Source: Epithemia pelagica (taxonomy: Eukaryota; Protista; Bacillariophyta). Taken from it: DNA of 64,000 nt. How positions within the stretch are numbered: position 1 is the first letter of the stretch; each line of letters begins with the position of its first letter. Location of the stretch: the NCBI GenBank assembly GCA_946965045.2, contig OX337232.1, positions 310,001 through 374,000 on the forward strand, read 5' to 3'. The translations under genes were made by a program, and so were the position numbers. The notes under the pieces were generated by a model that searched no databases, was not told the origin of the DNA, and was given only the letters and a program-made list of their open reading frames with translations. This document shows positions 36,444-49,112 of the stretch, piece by piece.

Positions 36444-37624
36444 GCTCCAAAGATGAATGAGGCAGATATGAGACCGAGTGGATTGCAGGTACTGTGCTGT
36501 AATGCACCTCTTGCTGTGTGTCGTATGTGCTCGTGCTGGTGGTAGGTGGTTGATTCTGACTTATTTCATACAGAAATTCTGACTTCGCCTGATGGCCCAT
36601 CGACTTTAAGTCATCCATTTCATGTTTCATGACTTAACTATGTAGAGTAAAAGTCGTATAGTTGGTAGTCCTAACTAGACTTTTGGGGATAGAAAGTCAG
36701 GAATTATTCGTTGGGAATCGACTTCGACTTTTTGTTGTAAGTCATGACTTTTTTGGGGTGACGTGGCTTTGTAGGAAGTTCCTGGATCTTAGGCGGAACT
36801 TGACTTGATGACAACTTCAACAGAAAAAAGTTGTTATTTGCATCTGGTGAAATGAATGGCTGTGAGAAAGTCAGTAAAAATGGAGTGGTAATTCGACTTG
36901 ATTTTTTGGAAAAAAGTTAAAAGTTGGCTTTTTTAAGTCAAAAGTCAAAAATGATGAAGTCAGACTTCAACACCCTGGGCCCGTGACACGAATCCATCAA
37001 CCCAACGAAATTCGAGTTGTCGGCGAAGTGCGAAGAGAGACATGTCTTCTCTTCGGTGGGAAAGTGCAACTGTTACTGCAACGACCAATGGTCTTGGATT
37101 AACCACAAAACACAGAGAAGAATCGAATTCAATTGTGTCAATTGGCAAACAGACACACATCTCGGAGATACCGAAAAAGTGAGTCACGTACGATCCATGA
37201 TGGGTGAGCACCATCAACTGAGAGAAAGAAAAAGATACTTCTGGATCGGATGAATGGTGGTGGTTTCTGGTGTCCATGTAGAGTGTCGTCGAATTGAATC
37301 GAGACTGACCCAAGTTCCTTCCCTCCATTGCCACAGAATTCTGAACACTAGTAGAACAATTGAAAGAAACCGAACCACCCACACACAAGAGAGTGGTACG
37401 TACGTCCATTCTGTATTGTTTCTCGAGGCCCATTGGCATGTCTCCCGAATGAATCCTTGCTGGATGGATTCGACTGGACGACGACTGACCCCCCTCTGTC
37501 TGGTGTGTTGTTTGGGTGTGTGTTTGCGCGTGTCTCCACAGAGAGAGAGAGAGAGAAGGTTTGTCATTGAGGGTGCGACTCTCTACTCAATTGCGGTAGT
37601 AGTAGTAGCGCCCATCTTGGATGA

Positions 37625-38131
37625 ATGGTGGGAATCGCAGGGATGAGCCATTACGAACCACCACTCGTCGGCGACCGACCAGCAACCATGGACACACCAC
37701 CACCATCACATGAGCGTTCCTCCCGGATGGAGTGTGACTGCGGTTCCAACTGTCATTCCTTTCATCACCCGTTGCATGATTCGTTGTCCAACAACAACAA
37801 CAACAACAACAACAACGACAAGGTTCGGGTTGTGGCGGAACCTAGTAGGGGCGAGGAATTCACGACTGCGGCTGCTGCGGCATGGGACAGTCCCGACTAT
37901 GTTCCGACCATCCGAAACAAGGCTACCATTGCTCTTCCCTTCCAGTCTGCTCCATCCGAGGACCATGATGATCACAGGAAAGAATACAATCAAGAAGTGA
38001 ACCCACTGTTGCTTTCGCGAAGCAAACATTCGACCGAGACGACCGTGCCCCATCCCAATGAAGAGCTCCAACGACAAGCATCGCACGCCGACAATAATGA
38101 TCCTCCTGAGATGGACCATGAGGATGAGGAT
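37625..38131 (+). pseudogene. 5' fragment of the NAT permease gene (paralog of 57220)
   Basis: MVGIAGMSHYEPP...EMDHEDED matches the 57220 copy, then joins inverted sequence homologous to about 5760-6115. Confidence 0.8.
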
Positions 38132-38525
38132 CGCATGGCAATACTAAAAAATAAGATTTTAGGGTTTTTTTGTTCGAAAAATTGAGGTTGGCGGATTCGT
38201 ATCCCAATACGACAATGAGAATCGGAAGGCCACACAGTACAATACGGCATAGGGCAGAGTTTCCATGTTGTGCACGTCACCATTCCAACAACTTGCCTTG
38301 TAAGTCTTTTGCTGTCGTGCGGAGACACTCTCTGCTACTTCGTCTGTGAAAAAAAGAGAAAGAGACATATTTAGAGACAGAGAGATAGAGAGAGACCAGA
38401 CAAAGGCAATTGCAAATCATCAGTATCGATTGTCGGTTCCCCATATTCGGCTTGGGTTCCTTTGATGCACGCCGTTACCACCAATCTACCTAGTATAGAC
38501 AGAATACTTGCAGCACTAGAGAGAA

Positions 38526-40184
<1,659 letters not shown>

Positions 40185-40680
40185 GACGGGCATCAAGACA
40201 CGAGGAAGTCCCTCGACCTTCACCGCTGGTGGTACCAAGACCGATTCTGGTGGCCGCAAGTGGAAGCCCGTCTGTTGGAACTGCGGTGGCGAGCATACGA
40301 TAAAGGATTGTCCCAAGCCGATCGAAGCCAACCGCCAGAAGTACAATGCTAAGAAGAAAGCTCGCGAGAATGGATCGGGTGATCGTTCTCGCACCTCCAC
40401 CAAATGGCGTCCCCCTTCGTCTGAAGAGAACGGCAAGCGAGTCATTGATGGCAAGACCATGTACTGGGATGCCTCTTCCAAGCGTTGGAACAAGACTCAA
40501 GGGAATGTCGCGACTGATGGCGACACCACTCCAACCGATAGGACCACTCAAGTGCCAATTGCTGGCGCTACTGCCAATGTTGCCTCCACTGGCACCACAG
40601 GAACGACGAATGCCCAATCTCGTCGCGTAATCGAACGCACCCTGGAGTCTTTGATGACCCAGGTGCAAAACCTCTCTTGA
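40185..40680 (+). CDS. gag: Gag C-terminal fragment with zinc knuckle
   Basis: CWNCGGEHTIKDC (CX2CX4HX4C); ends in TGA at 40678-40680. Confidence 0.85.
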
Positions 40681-43600
40681 TGGTGTGGCCGTCGACGTCC
40701 TGTCGATGTAGGCCTCTTTTTCCCGATAACCTCATCTCCCAGGAGGGATACCTGGGTTGATTTAGTTTGGTTGTTGCTTTGTGTTTTTCTGAGCGTGTTT
40801 TTCTCTTTGCATTTCTGTTCAATGATGCCCTGGGCCCTATCTTTCGTCGCAATCTGGTTGCGAGAGGGAGGTCCGCGTGGTGGCTATTCTTCGTTCTCTT
40901 ATGCCACCTTTGGTCCCAACCAGATGCAACGACGACGACGGCGTTACAAGACTCGAATTTATCACGTGCGACGCCGGTTTACTACTAATATAATGGCCTT
41001 TGACTGCACAACGGATTCAACGGTTACATGGGCTGGTACGATTGACCGTCAACGGACCCCTTTTACTAAGGCCCGAGTGCCCTCTGTCCGAAGACGCGCG
41101 AGGCAACACAAGAAAACTACCAGACCAAAGAAAACTACGCATGACACCTATGATTTCAACTACCAAGGCATCTATGTCCCTACAACATGGACAATACAAG
41201 ACGAGCCGCCTCTAGATCCAACATCAGAGCGACTATCTCGTTGGTTTGGGTCAGCTGAGGAGCTTCAGTCTGCAATTTGGAAGCCATGGCTGAGCAAGGG
41301 GCCGGATCCATTGGCACAGTTTCGTGCCATTCGAGCATTGAGTGGCTCCACATTCTCAAGATCTCGGTCACCCAAGCAACGAATGCGGCAAGCAATGATT
41401 GCCGCTGCCAAGTTAACCGGAAAATTGCCTCCCCAAACTGATCCTGAGTCCTTGTTGCCACCAGCATTGCAGCATCGCATGTCTGTCTATCTCAATGCAG
41501 CAGACGATGCAGACCTGCCCGTGGTGATCGATACAGGAGCATCCACATCGTTGACTCCTCGACTAGAAGACTTTGATGGACCACTCAAAGAGTGTGAGAC
41601 CACTGAGCTGAATGGATTATCCAGTACAACAGCCGTGGTTGGAGTAGGAATGGCTGCCTGGACGTTAAGGGACGTGTTTGGTGTGGTTCGAACCATCCGA
41701 ACACGGGCCTACTACGTTCCAGAGGCGCAGATACGCCTGTTTAGCCCCCAGACCTACTTCCAAGAGCAAGCTAAAGGCGAATTGTCGGTCAATGCTTTTC
41801 GTTCTCGCTTGACTCTTCACGATGGGAGCGAACTGGAGTTCCCCTTTCATCCCAACAGTAACCTCCCTTTGATGCTCTCTGGACGGCAAACCAAGATGGG
41901 CCTTGCATTCGAAGACGTCATGGCCTTATCCAAAGAGTTTGATTGTCGTGGTCTTATGTCAGTGGCGGATGAAACAAATCAGAATGTCACCCAGGCGCAG
42001 AGAGAGCTATTGACCTGGCACTGGAAGTTAGGTCACGCTAATTTTGAATGGATCCAGGATTTGTGTCGCGATCCTCAAACGGATCGACGTCGAATTCTTC
42101 ACACGAAGCATCGACAAGTGTCAAACTGTCCTGTCAATGGTTTGCGCTGCACAGCTTGTCAATTGGGCAAACAGAGGCGTCGTGGTGCTAATACCCAACA
42201 TACGCACACGAAGGATGGTCGTCACATGGTCACTCGGTCAGAGAATCTTCGACCAGGTGACTGCGTTAGCCTTGACCAGTATGACTCGACGCTCACTGGC
42301 CGTCTCCCTCACACTAGAGGAAAGGAACCCAAGAAAGATCAGTACACTGGCAGTACATTGTTTATAGATCATGCTACAGGATTGATGCATTGTGTACATC
42401 AAGTCTCCCTAAACACTGGTGAAACCATCGAAGCCAAACTTCAATTCGAACGGTTTGCACAGGACCATGGAGTTACAGTCAAGTCGTACCTGGCGGATAA
42501 TGCCCCTTTTGGCAATACCAAGTTTGTGGACGCAGTGAAACATGCTGGTCAGTCCCTGTCGTTTTCTGGTGTGGGGGCCCATCACCAAAATGGTGTGGCC
42601 GAGCGTGGCGTCCGTACGGTAACCTCTTGGGCCCGTACTATGATGTTGCACGCAGTATTGCATTGGCCGGAGCACGCCCATGACCTAAGTCTATGGCCCT
42701 TCGCTCTCAATCACGCTATCTGGTTGTGGAATAATCTTCCCAAGCGAGGTTCCTTTATTGCCCCGCTGGAATTATTTACCGGAACAGTTTTCCCTACCTT
42801 GGCCCATCTACATAGGAGCCATGTTTGGGGTTGCCCAGTGTACGTTTTGGACCCGAAGATCCAAGACGGGAAGAAACTTCCCAAGTGGTCGCCTCGTGCC
42901 CGTCGAGGGCAATATCTTGGAGTCTCTCCCGACCATTCTAGCAGGGTGGGCTTAATTCTCAATATTTCTACCGGCTATGTGAGTCCGCAATATCACGTCG
43001 TCTACGACGACCTCTTTTCAAGTGTCCCTAACGCCGAAACTGGCGGTGTCCTACAACAAGACATGTTCACAGGGTCCTTTTGGGACCATCTTGTGGCCTC
43101 TGGTCTGGAGCGGATTGACGATGGCGATTTTGACGACGAACAGTCTCAGCCACCACCCCTTCACCACGACTGGCTGACCCCTGAGGAAGCCGATGCTCTT
43201 CGCCATCAACAAAATGACGCAGCTCGGATAAATCCCTTACCTTTGCCTCCTCCTCCCATCCCTGTTCCAGAGGGAGCTGCTGCTCCAGAGGGAGCTCTGG
43301 TGCCCTTGGCTCCAGAGGGAGATGACGACAGTGAGATTCAACTGGATGGAGACCCCATTTTCCCTCACCTTTTTCCTTTGGATAACGTGGAGCCAAATCC
43401 ACCAGCCGCTCCTCCAGATGACTTGATTCAACCTTTGGTGGTAGATGGAATGTGGGACGATCCCAACAACTCCACCATCGACTCTGGAGACGAAATTGTA
43501 ATCTTTGAGCACGAGGAACAGGATGAGGAAGACCCAGTTCGCGCACAAGATAAGTCAAGACGTGCGCAACATTTGGAACAACCGGACGAGATGCACTTTG

Positions 43601-45519
43601 GTCGTGGAAAGCGCGCACGCAAACCTAATCCTAAGTACGCCTCGTACTCGCGTGAACGTTGGAAGGAGCACGCGTTCTTTGGTCATGATGATTATGCGCG
43701 ACTAAAGGTAAAGCGTGACTGCTTAAACGATTCATTCCTGGCAGGACTTGACTGGAATTCAACCATCCGTGACCTCAAATCCACACAGTCAACGCTGATG
43801 AGTCGCATGATGGACATGAACACCAACCCTAAGACAGGAACTGTCGAGGCTATGCATCCAATGGTACTGATCACCAAGGCCGATGCAGCGGATAACCCCA
43901 GATGGAATGAAGCCATGAGCGGTCCAGATGCCGCTGGCTTCATGGAGGCATGTAAAAAGGAAATAGACACACTATTCCGCCTCATGAAGGCTTGGATAGT
44001 CGTCGATCGCCAACCTTGGATGAACGTAATCCCATCTACATGGGCCTTCAAAAGGAAGCGATTCCCTGACGGCTCTGTCAAGAAACTGAAAGCAAGATTT
44101 TGCGCTCGAGGAGACTTTCAAGTGGAAGGAGTGGACTTCTTCGATACCTTTGCCCCAGTGGTAAACTGGACCACAGTCCGCTTGATGCTCATCCTATCTA
44201 TTATCCTAAACCTCGCCACAGTGCAGGTAGACTACACCGCGGCATTCCTTCACGCCCCAATTGATCGTGATCCCAGATGGGACTCAATGACACGTCAAGA
44301 GCGTGAAAGAAGCGGTGTCTGCGTCGAGATGCCCAGAGGATTTGGACAAGACGGAAAGGTACTAAAACTACAACGATCACTGTACGGGCTGAAACAAGCC
44401 CCACGGAATTTCTTCCAACATTTCAAAGGGCAGTTGGAACGAGTCGGCTTTGTTGCCCAGGACTCGGTTGATCCCTGCCTATTTATTTCAGACAAGGTAA
44501 TAGCGGTGGTCTATGTCGACGACACGCTATTATTTTACAGTCCCAAAAGAGAGTACATCGATGAAGTACTTGATAAACTCAAGAAACAAGAGAACGCTGA
44601 GCTCGATGTTGAAGACAGCGTGGCTGGATTCTTGGGCGTCCATATCGAACGTGACGAGACCCAAGGAACAATCAAATTGACCCAACAAGGTCTGATTAAG
44701 AGAATTCTAACTGCCTTACAAGTTGGTGACTTGGACCGAAGCTTTACCCCAGCTTTATCTAAGCCCATTGTAGAAGACAAGAATGGAGATCCCCCACAAG
44801 GTAGATACAACTACGCAAGTGTGATTGGGATGCTTCAGTATTTACAAGCGCACAGTCGCCCCGACATCACCTATGCGGCGAGTCAATGTGCACGCTTTGC
44901 CTTTAGCCCAAAGAGGTCACATGAGCAAGCCGTTGAAAAGATTGGACAGTACCTTAAGCACACGCAAGATCAAGGACTGATCCTTAAGCCCTCCACGAAT
45001 CTGGACATCGACTGTTTCGTCGACGCCGATTTCGCTGGTTTGTGGCCCTATGAAGAAAAATTGGATTCGACCTGTGTGAAAAGTCGCACGGGATTCGCTA
45101 TCTGTTTGGCAAATTGTCCCATGGTCTGGACAAGCAAATTACAAAGTTCAATTGCCTTGAGCACGATGGAGGCCGAATACAACGCATTGAGTGAGTCGTT
45201 GAAGTCGGTCCTACCACTACGAGAGCTGTTGACCCACGTTGCAGAAGGAGTTGGGCTCAGCAAAGAATATACAACAACATTTAAGACGACAGTCTGGGAA
45301 GATAACATGGGAGCCTTGACTTTGGCCAACCTAGAACCTGGACGGATCACACCTCGGTCGAAATATTACGCAGTGAAGATGCACTGGTTTCGACAACATA
45401 TAAGCGATCGGTTGCGAGTCGTCAAAGTCGATACGACACAACAGCGCGCCGACATTCTGACCAAAGGTCTCACCCAATCCACGTTTGAGCACATTCGGAA
45501 GCTCCTCTGTGGATGGTGA
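40681..45519 (+). CDS. pol: Copia Pol polyprotein (PR-IN-RT-RH), open in the gag frame directly after the UGA
   Basis: VIDTGAS; WHWKLGH...CTAC; QNGVAER; KARFCARG; LYGLKQAPRNF; YVDD; FVDADFAG; EDN; ADILTKGL. Confidence 0.96.
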   Translation, partial: WCGRRRPVDVGLFFPITSSPRRDTWVDLVWLLLCVFLSVFFSLHFCSMMPWALSFVAIWLREGGPRGGYSSFSYATFGPNQMQRRRRRYKTRIYHVRRRFTTNIMAFDCTTDSTVTWAGTIDRQRTPFTKARVPSVRRRARQHKKTTRPKKTTHDTYDFNYQGIYVPTTWTIQDEPPLDPTSERLSRWFGSAEELQSAIWKPWLSKGPDPLAQFRAIRALSGSTFSRSRSPKQRMRQAMIAAAKLTGKLPPQTDPESLLPPALQHRMSVYLNAADDADLPVVIDTGASTSLTPRLEDFDGPLKECETTELNGLSSTTAVVGVGMAAWTLRDVFGVVRTIRTRAYYVPEAQIRLFSPQTYFQEQAKGELSVNAFRSRLTLHDGSELEFPFHPNSNLPLMLSGRQTKMGLAFEDVMALSKEFDCRGLMSVADETNQNVTQAQRELLTWHWKLGHANFEWIQDLCRDPQTDRRRILHTKHRQVSNCPVNGLRCTACQLGKQRRRGANTQHTHTKDGRHMVTRSENLRPGDCVSLDQYDSTLTGRLPHTRGKEPKKDQYTGSTLFIDHATGLMHCVHQVSLNTGETIEAKLQFERFAQDHGVTVKSYLADNAPFGNTKFVDAVKHAGQSLSFSGVGAHHQNGVAERGVRTVTSWARTMMLHAVLHWPEHAHDLSLWPFALNHAIWLWNNLPKRGSFIAPLELFTGTVFPTLAHLHRSHVWGCPVYVLDPKIQDGKKLPKWSPRARRGQYLGVSPDHSSRVGLILNISTGYVSPQYHVVYDDLFSSVPNAETGGVLQQDMFTGSFWDHLVASGLERIDDGDFDDEQSQPPPLHHDWLTPEEADALRHQQNDAARINPLPLPPPPIPVPEGAAAPEGALVPLAPEGDDDSEIQLDGDPIFPHLFPLDNVEPNPPAAPPDDLIQPLVVDGMWDDPNNSTIDSGDEIVIFEHEEQDEEDPVRAQDKSRRAQHLEQPDEMHFGRGKRARKPNPKYASYSRERWKEHAFFGHDDYARLKVKRDCLNDSFLAGLDWNSTIRDLKSTQSTLMSRMMDMNTNPKTGTVEAMHPMVLITKADAADNPRWNEAMSGPDAAGFMEACKKEIDTLFRLMKAWIVVDRQPWMNVIPSTWAFKRKRFPDGSVKKLKARFCARGDFQVEGVDFFDTFAPVVNWTTVRLMLILSIILNLATVQVDYTAAFLHAPIDRDPRWDSMTRQERERSGVCVEMPRGFGQDGKVLKLQRSLYGLKQAPRNFFQHFKGQLERVGFVAQDSVDPCLFISDKVIAVVYVDDTLLFYSPKREYIDEVLDKLKKQENAELDVEDSVAGFLGVHIERDETQGTIKLTQQGLIKRILTALQVGDLDRSFTPALSKPIVEDKNGDPPQGRYNYASVIGMLQYLQAHSRPDITYAASQCARFAFSPKRSHEQAVEKIGQYLKHTQDQGLILKPSTNLDIDCFVDADFAGLWPYEEKLDSTCVKSRTGFAICLANCPMVWTSKLQSSIALSTMEAEYNALSESLKSVLPLRELLTHVAEGVGLSKEYTTTFKTTVWEDNMGALTLANLEPGRITPRSKYYAVKMHWFRQHISDRLRVVKVDTTQQRADILTKGLTQSTFEHIRKLLCGW

Positions 45520-45589
45520 CCACCAAATCTATTCTCACAATTTACACCTTTAAAGTCCATTATCTCATCCGTGTTCGGCTGAGAGGGAG

Positions 45590-45758
45590 TGAAAAGGGTG
45601 CGACCTAATGGAGACTAGCCTAGAGCTGACTCACAAGGTCCTACGTCACCTTGCCCAACCAGCCTCACACTTGGACTGACGCACTACTTGCATATCTTTT
45701 AGGAACGTACAACCTAGTTAATCTTCTATCATAATTTTCCCAATTCATCCCCTTTTCA
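45590..45758 (+). mobile_element. 3' LTR (169 bp), preceded by a polypurine tract
   Basis: TGAAAAGGG...CCCTTTTCA 9-bp inverted ends; PPT gagagggag at 45581-45589. Confidence 0.9.
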
Positions 45759-46985
45759 CAGGGTGGACAAGGACGAGGATTGAGTCCATTACAAGTTCAG
45801 GCCTTGTGTCACAATTTGAATACCACCTGTCCTCATTTGACACACTTGACCCTACCTCTTTCCAATTCCTCCAGTACCAACAACAACAACAGCATCAATA
45901 ACCATGTCGTCATGTGGTGTCCCCCATTGGCATTGACCGAGGTCACTGTGCAACATCCGGGAAGTGATGACTCTTGTCCGTGGTCGTTGGTAACGCAACT
46001 CGTACGGGAACAATCCCATCTCCATACCTTGCGACTGTATGGAGTTCCACCAACATTCACCGTCACACCTTGCCATTTATTCCATGAAACCACTCGCGCT
46101 TGTTCTCCACTCCTAATACTAAAAGGCAGCAAAAAACAAGCTCAAACTCAACAAGGCAACCAGCCATATCCACAACAAGAACAAGAACAACACGAGTTGA
46201 TTCAAACCATTGTACAGCATGCTTCATTGCATACCCTCGTGTTGCAAACCAAAGGACAATCACCCCGAGTCATTCACAGTGCACCACCCACAGTACTACT
46301 ACACGAGGAGAGCCACGATTTCCTAGCATCGGACGGTGAGGAAAAGAAGCTGCCGGATCCACACGATAAAGATCCATCCAATCCGCAGGCGACCGCCAAA
46401 AGAGACTCATCGTCCTTATTCTTGGATCAGCTATGCCATTCTCTGGCAACCCCATCCACAGGCCCGTCTTGTCCCGTGCGTGATTTGGATGACCACCACC
46501 ACAATAACCATGAATGATAGTCATATAGGGGAACTGCTACTCCTGGGTGCAGAATGTGTTTCAACTCCCAAAATGGACCGATTGGTGTCCTCCGTGGCAT
46601 GCCCTCTTGTCTTTTCCGTACCAGCAACAAAAGGCGCTTCCGCGAGAGGTGGTGGAGGCCTTGCACTTTCATCCAACGATTCAACACCTCCGTCCCCCTT
46701 CTCACACAAAAATCACAATCCCCCCACGGACCACCACCCATGACGGGATGGAGACCGACAATGCCATGGACCACCACACGAGGAGGGCAAATCATTGGTT
46801 CGGTCGGATACCATCCCACTCCACACCCACGGACACTCATGATTGTACGTCATTGTCATTTTTTCCCATGCCCTTGGAGTTGTTGGCCCTGCTGCGACGA
46901 AATCGTTGGTTGCTCGAGGAACGGGGGTGAGCAGCTACGCTATACCCCAACACGACGACTGCTACAACGCCCGAATCCACACGTT
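45759..46985 (+). pseudogene. 3' part of the LRR-like paralog
   Basis: Resumes at QGGQGRGLSP...LCHNLNTTCPHLTHL, matching the paralog from position 3868 onward. Confidence 0.8.
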
Positions 46986-47727
46986 GTGCAAATCCTTGCA
47001 GGCCCGCGGGTACAACATCAACGACTATACGCTGGGCACCAAAGTGTGGAGTAAGGAACCCATTGGTCTCGTAACGCGACAGGGCGATCTGACTTGGTCC
47101 GATTTTTGCGAATGGACCATTCAAGCCTTCATTTTATGCCCAAGAACATGGCATTACCAAAACCACCGCGTCCTTTCAATTGGGTACGACCACCGTCTGG
47201 GATCCCGCCACGAACGATACCAGCAGTCCCCGCTTTACGGCCAACCAATTGAAGTCCGTCAATGCACATGCCGTGGCGGCGCGGGGCAATATTGAAGAAC
47301 TGTACAATTTCAATTTGCAAACCTTCATGCCTCGCACCGGCTTGAATCGCCTCAATTCAGGCGATTCGCCCATCATGTATGCCTTTCCCATGGGACCATT
47401 AATGAGTGACGTCGCGGCACCCGAACTCAAAGTCCAATCGCCCACGGTAAAGGCCATTACAGAACGTGGCTCTTTGAATTGTGGCATTAGTACCCGCAAA
47501 GGCTTTGCCGAATTTGATCGCACTACCAAGGAGTGGTCCGGCGTTGATGTTGATTTGTGTCGGGCTTTGTCGGCCGCCTTGTTTGATAGCGTGGATACCC
47601 GGGTTGTGTTTACCGATTTGCTGGCGGCTCAACGATTTCCCGTCTTGGTGCAAGAACGAGTCGATGTCTTCTCCCGGTTATCGACCTTGACATTGAGACG
47701 CGATGTGAAGGAACCCCAAACCGGTGT
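46986..47727 (+). pseudogene. Internal fragment of an AapJ/PBP2-like gene (copy 3)
   Basis: KSLQARGY...SKEP...WSDFCEW...GSLNCGIS...DVKEPQTG; homologous to about 14330-15067. Confidence 0.8.
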
Positions 47728-47861
47728 GACAACACACTTCGCCGACATCCAAGCTGTAGCGCTATATCTCTACAGTGATTTGTGAAAGAAGGTTAGGTAC
47801 GGAAGCACTGGAGGGAAGCCCTTCTTTCGCAACAAAAGATCATATATCGCAACCGATTATC

Positions 47862-48317
47862 ATGGCAGAGGTACAACAGGGCATGAGGGAGAAGATTGAC
47901 GAGGATTCAACATAATCAAAGAATTTTCTATATCGACTGACGGATATCACGAGTGAGACCGTTCGAAGCATGGAAATTGAAGGTGTCCAGCACTGTCCAA
48001 GGCTACCAATGAGGACAGAAAAACAATGTTTTGAACGGAATCCAATAGTCGGGAGGGCCTTCGTCAAAGCCATCTTGACGGCTCATGAAATCTCTCAGAA
48101 TGCCCTCCTGTTGGTGGATACCAGTTCGCCGTACACCCTTTTGACGACCGAGACCTTGAACGCATTGCACGTCAAGTTGGAACCCAGCGATCATCATCAT
48201 CCAGATCCATCTCGCATTGTTGTTTGTGTCAAATGTGATGGTGGCCGGATTCGAATGGCAGGATGCAAAGAAAGGACCAAGGTATACAAGTGCTGTGTTT
48301 CGGCTGTCCAGGGTTGA
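47862..48317 (+). pseudogene. Degenerate retropepsin-like aspartic peptidase family gene
   Basis: RAFVKAIL...NALLLVDTSSPYTLLTTETLNAL resembles the FLVDTGSPYT motif; in-frame TAA near 47915. Confidence 0.45.
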
Positions 48318-49112
48318 GTCGTACTGGTCGCGTCGCGTTGAGTTGCGTCGATGCAGCACTCGCCGAATGGACATGCAGGGGCAAATAAATGGTTTTCTGC
48401 CACAGGCAGGATCCTGCCCGCCATTTATTGGACAAGGAGGAGGAGGAGGAGGAGGACACCCAGTGTGACTTGTGGTGGTACTAGAAGCATTCGTGGTTTC
48501 ACGCTTGTTGTTGTTGTTCTTGTGGTCGTCGTTGTAATTTGCTGGTTCGTGGTTGGAATCTTGGTACAAGGCCACTTTGAAAAGCGTCCTCGTTGTATAG
48601 ACATATAGTACTCCGTGGGCGTGCGTAGGCGTATTCATGCCCGTATCGTGATGGTCGTCGTCCGTGGTTGGTTCCGTTTTGACTGGTGGCGATGGTTTTT
48701 GATAATGCACTTGTACCTGCAAGTCTCCATAGGCCTCGGCCTGGACTCGGTATAGTGGACCAGGTCGGCCTGTGGATGTCGACAAATCAGTTCGATCAGC
48801 AAGCGATCCCACAATTAGAACCAGCCAACCATGCTCACAGTGATCAATTCATGATGGTGCTGTTGCCCCCCTGGTTGTGCTTGTTGTTGCCGCAACAAGG
48901 TGGATGTCAGGTCCCATTCACACGATACTGGGAAAAGATTGCCATTCGCTTCTTCTTGTGCACCCAACAAAGTCCTGTGCTTCAGTTCTTTGTACTAATC
49001 GTTATATCTCTTCTATTTTATTCAGTTGGAGGCCAAAAAATCTATTCGCATAATTTCCCGTCGGATCGTCCCAAAACCCCATTTGTTCTGCCATGGTCTC
49101 GACGTAGGACTT

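Larger units (their letters stand above)
30198..36977. mobile_element. hAT-superfamily DNA transposon, 6780 bp, with a cargo gene
   Basis: 14-bp TIRs cagggtgttgaagt (30198-30211) and acttcaacaccctg (36964-36977). 8-bp TSD ggcccgtg at 30190-30197 and 36978-36985. hAT transposase inside; empty paralogous site at 56557-56564. Confidence 0.96.
40185..45758 (+). mobile_element. 5'-truncated Ty1/copia LTR retrotransposon (CoDi-like)
   Basis: Gag C-terminus with a CCHC knuckle, an intact pol, a PPT and a 3' LTR. No 5' LTR or PBS is visible. Confidence 0.95.

Noticed and set aside
48003-48812. 269-aa minus-strand ORF (copy at 52027-52743)
   Set aside because: It has a non-ATG start, is low in complexity and overlaps the peptidase-like remnant; I recognise no domain. 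A gene fragment cannot be excluded.
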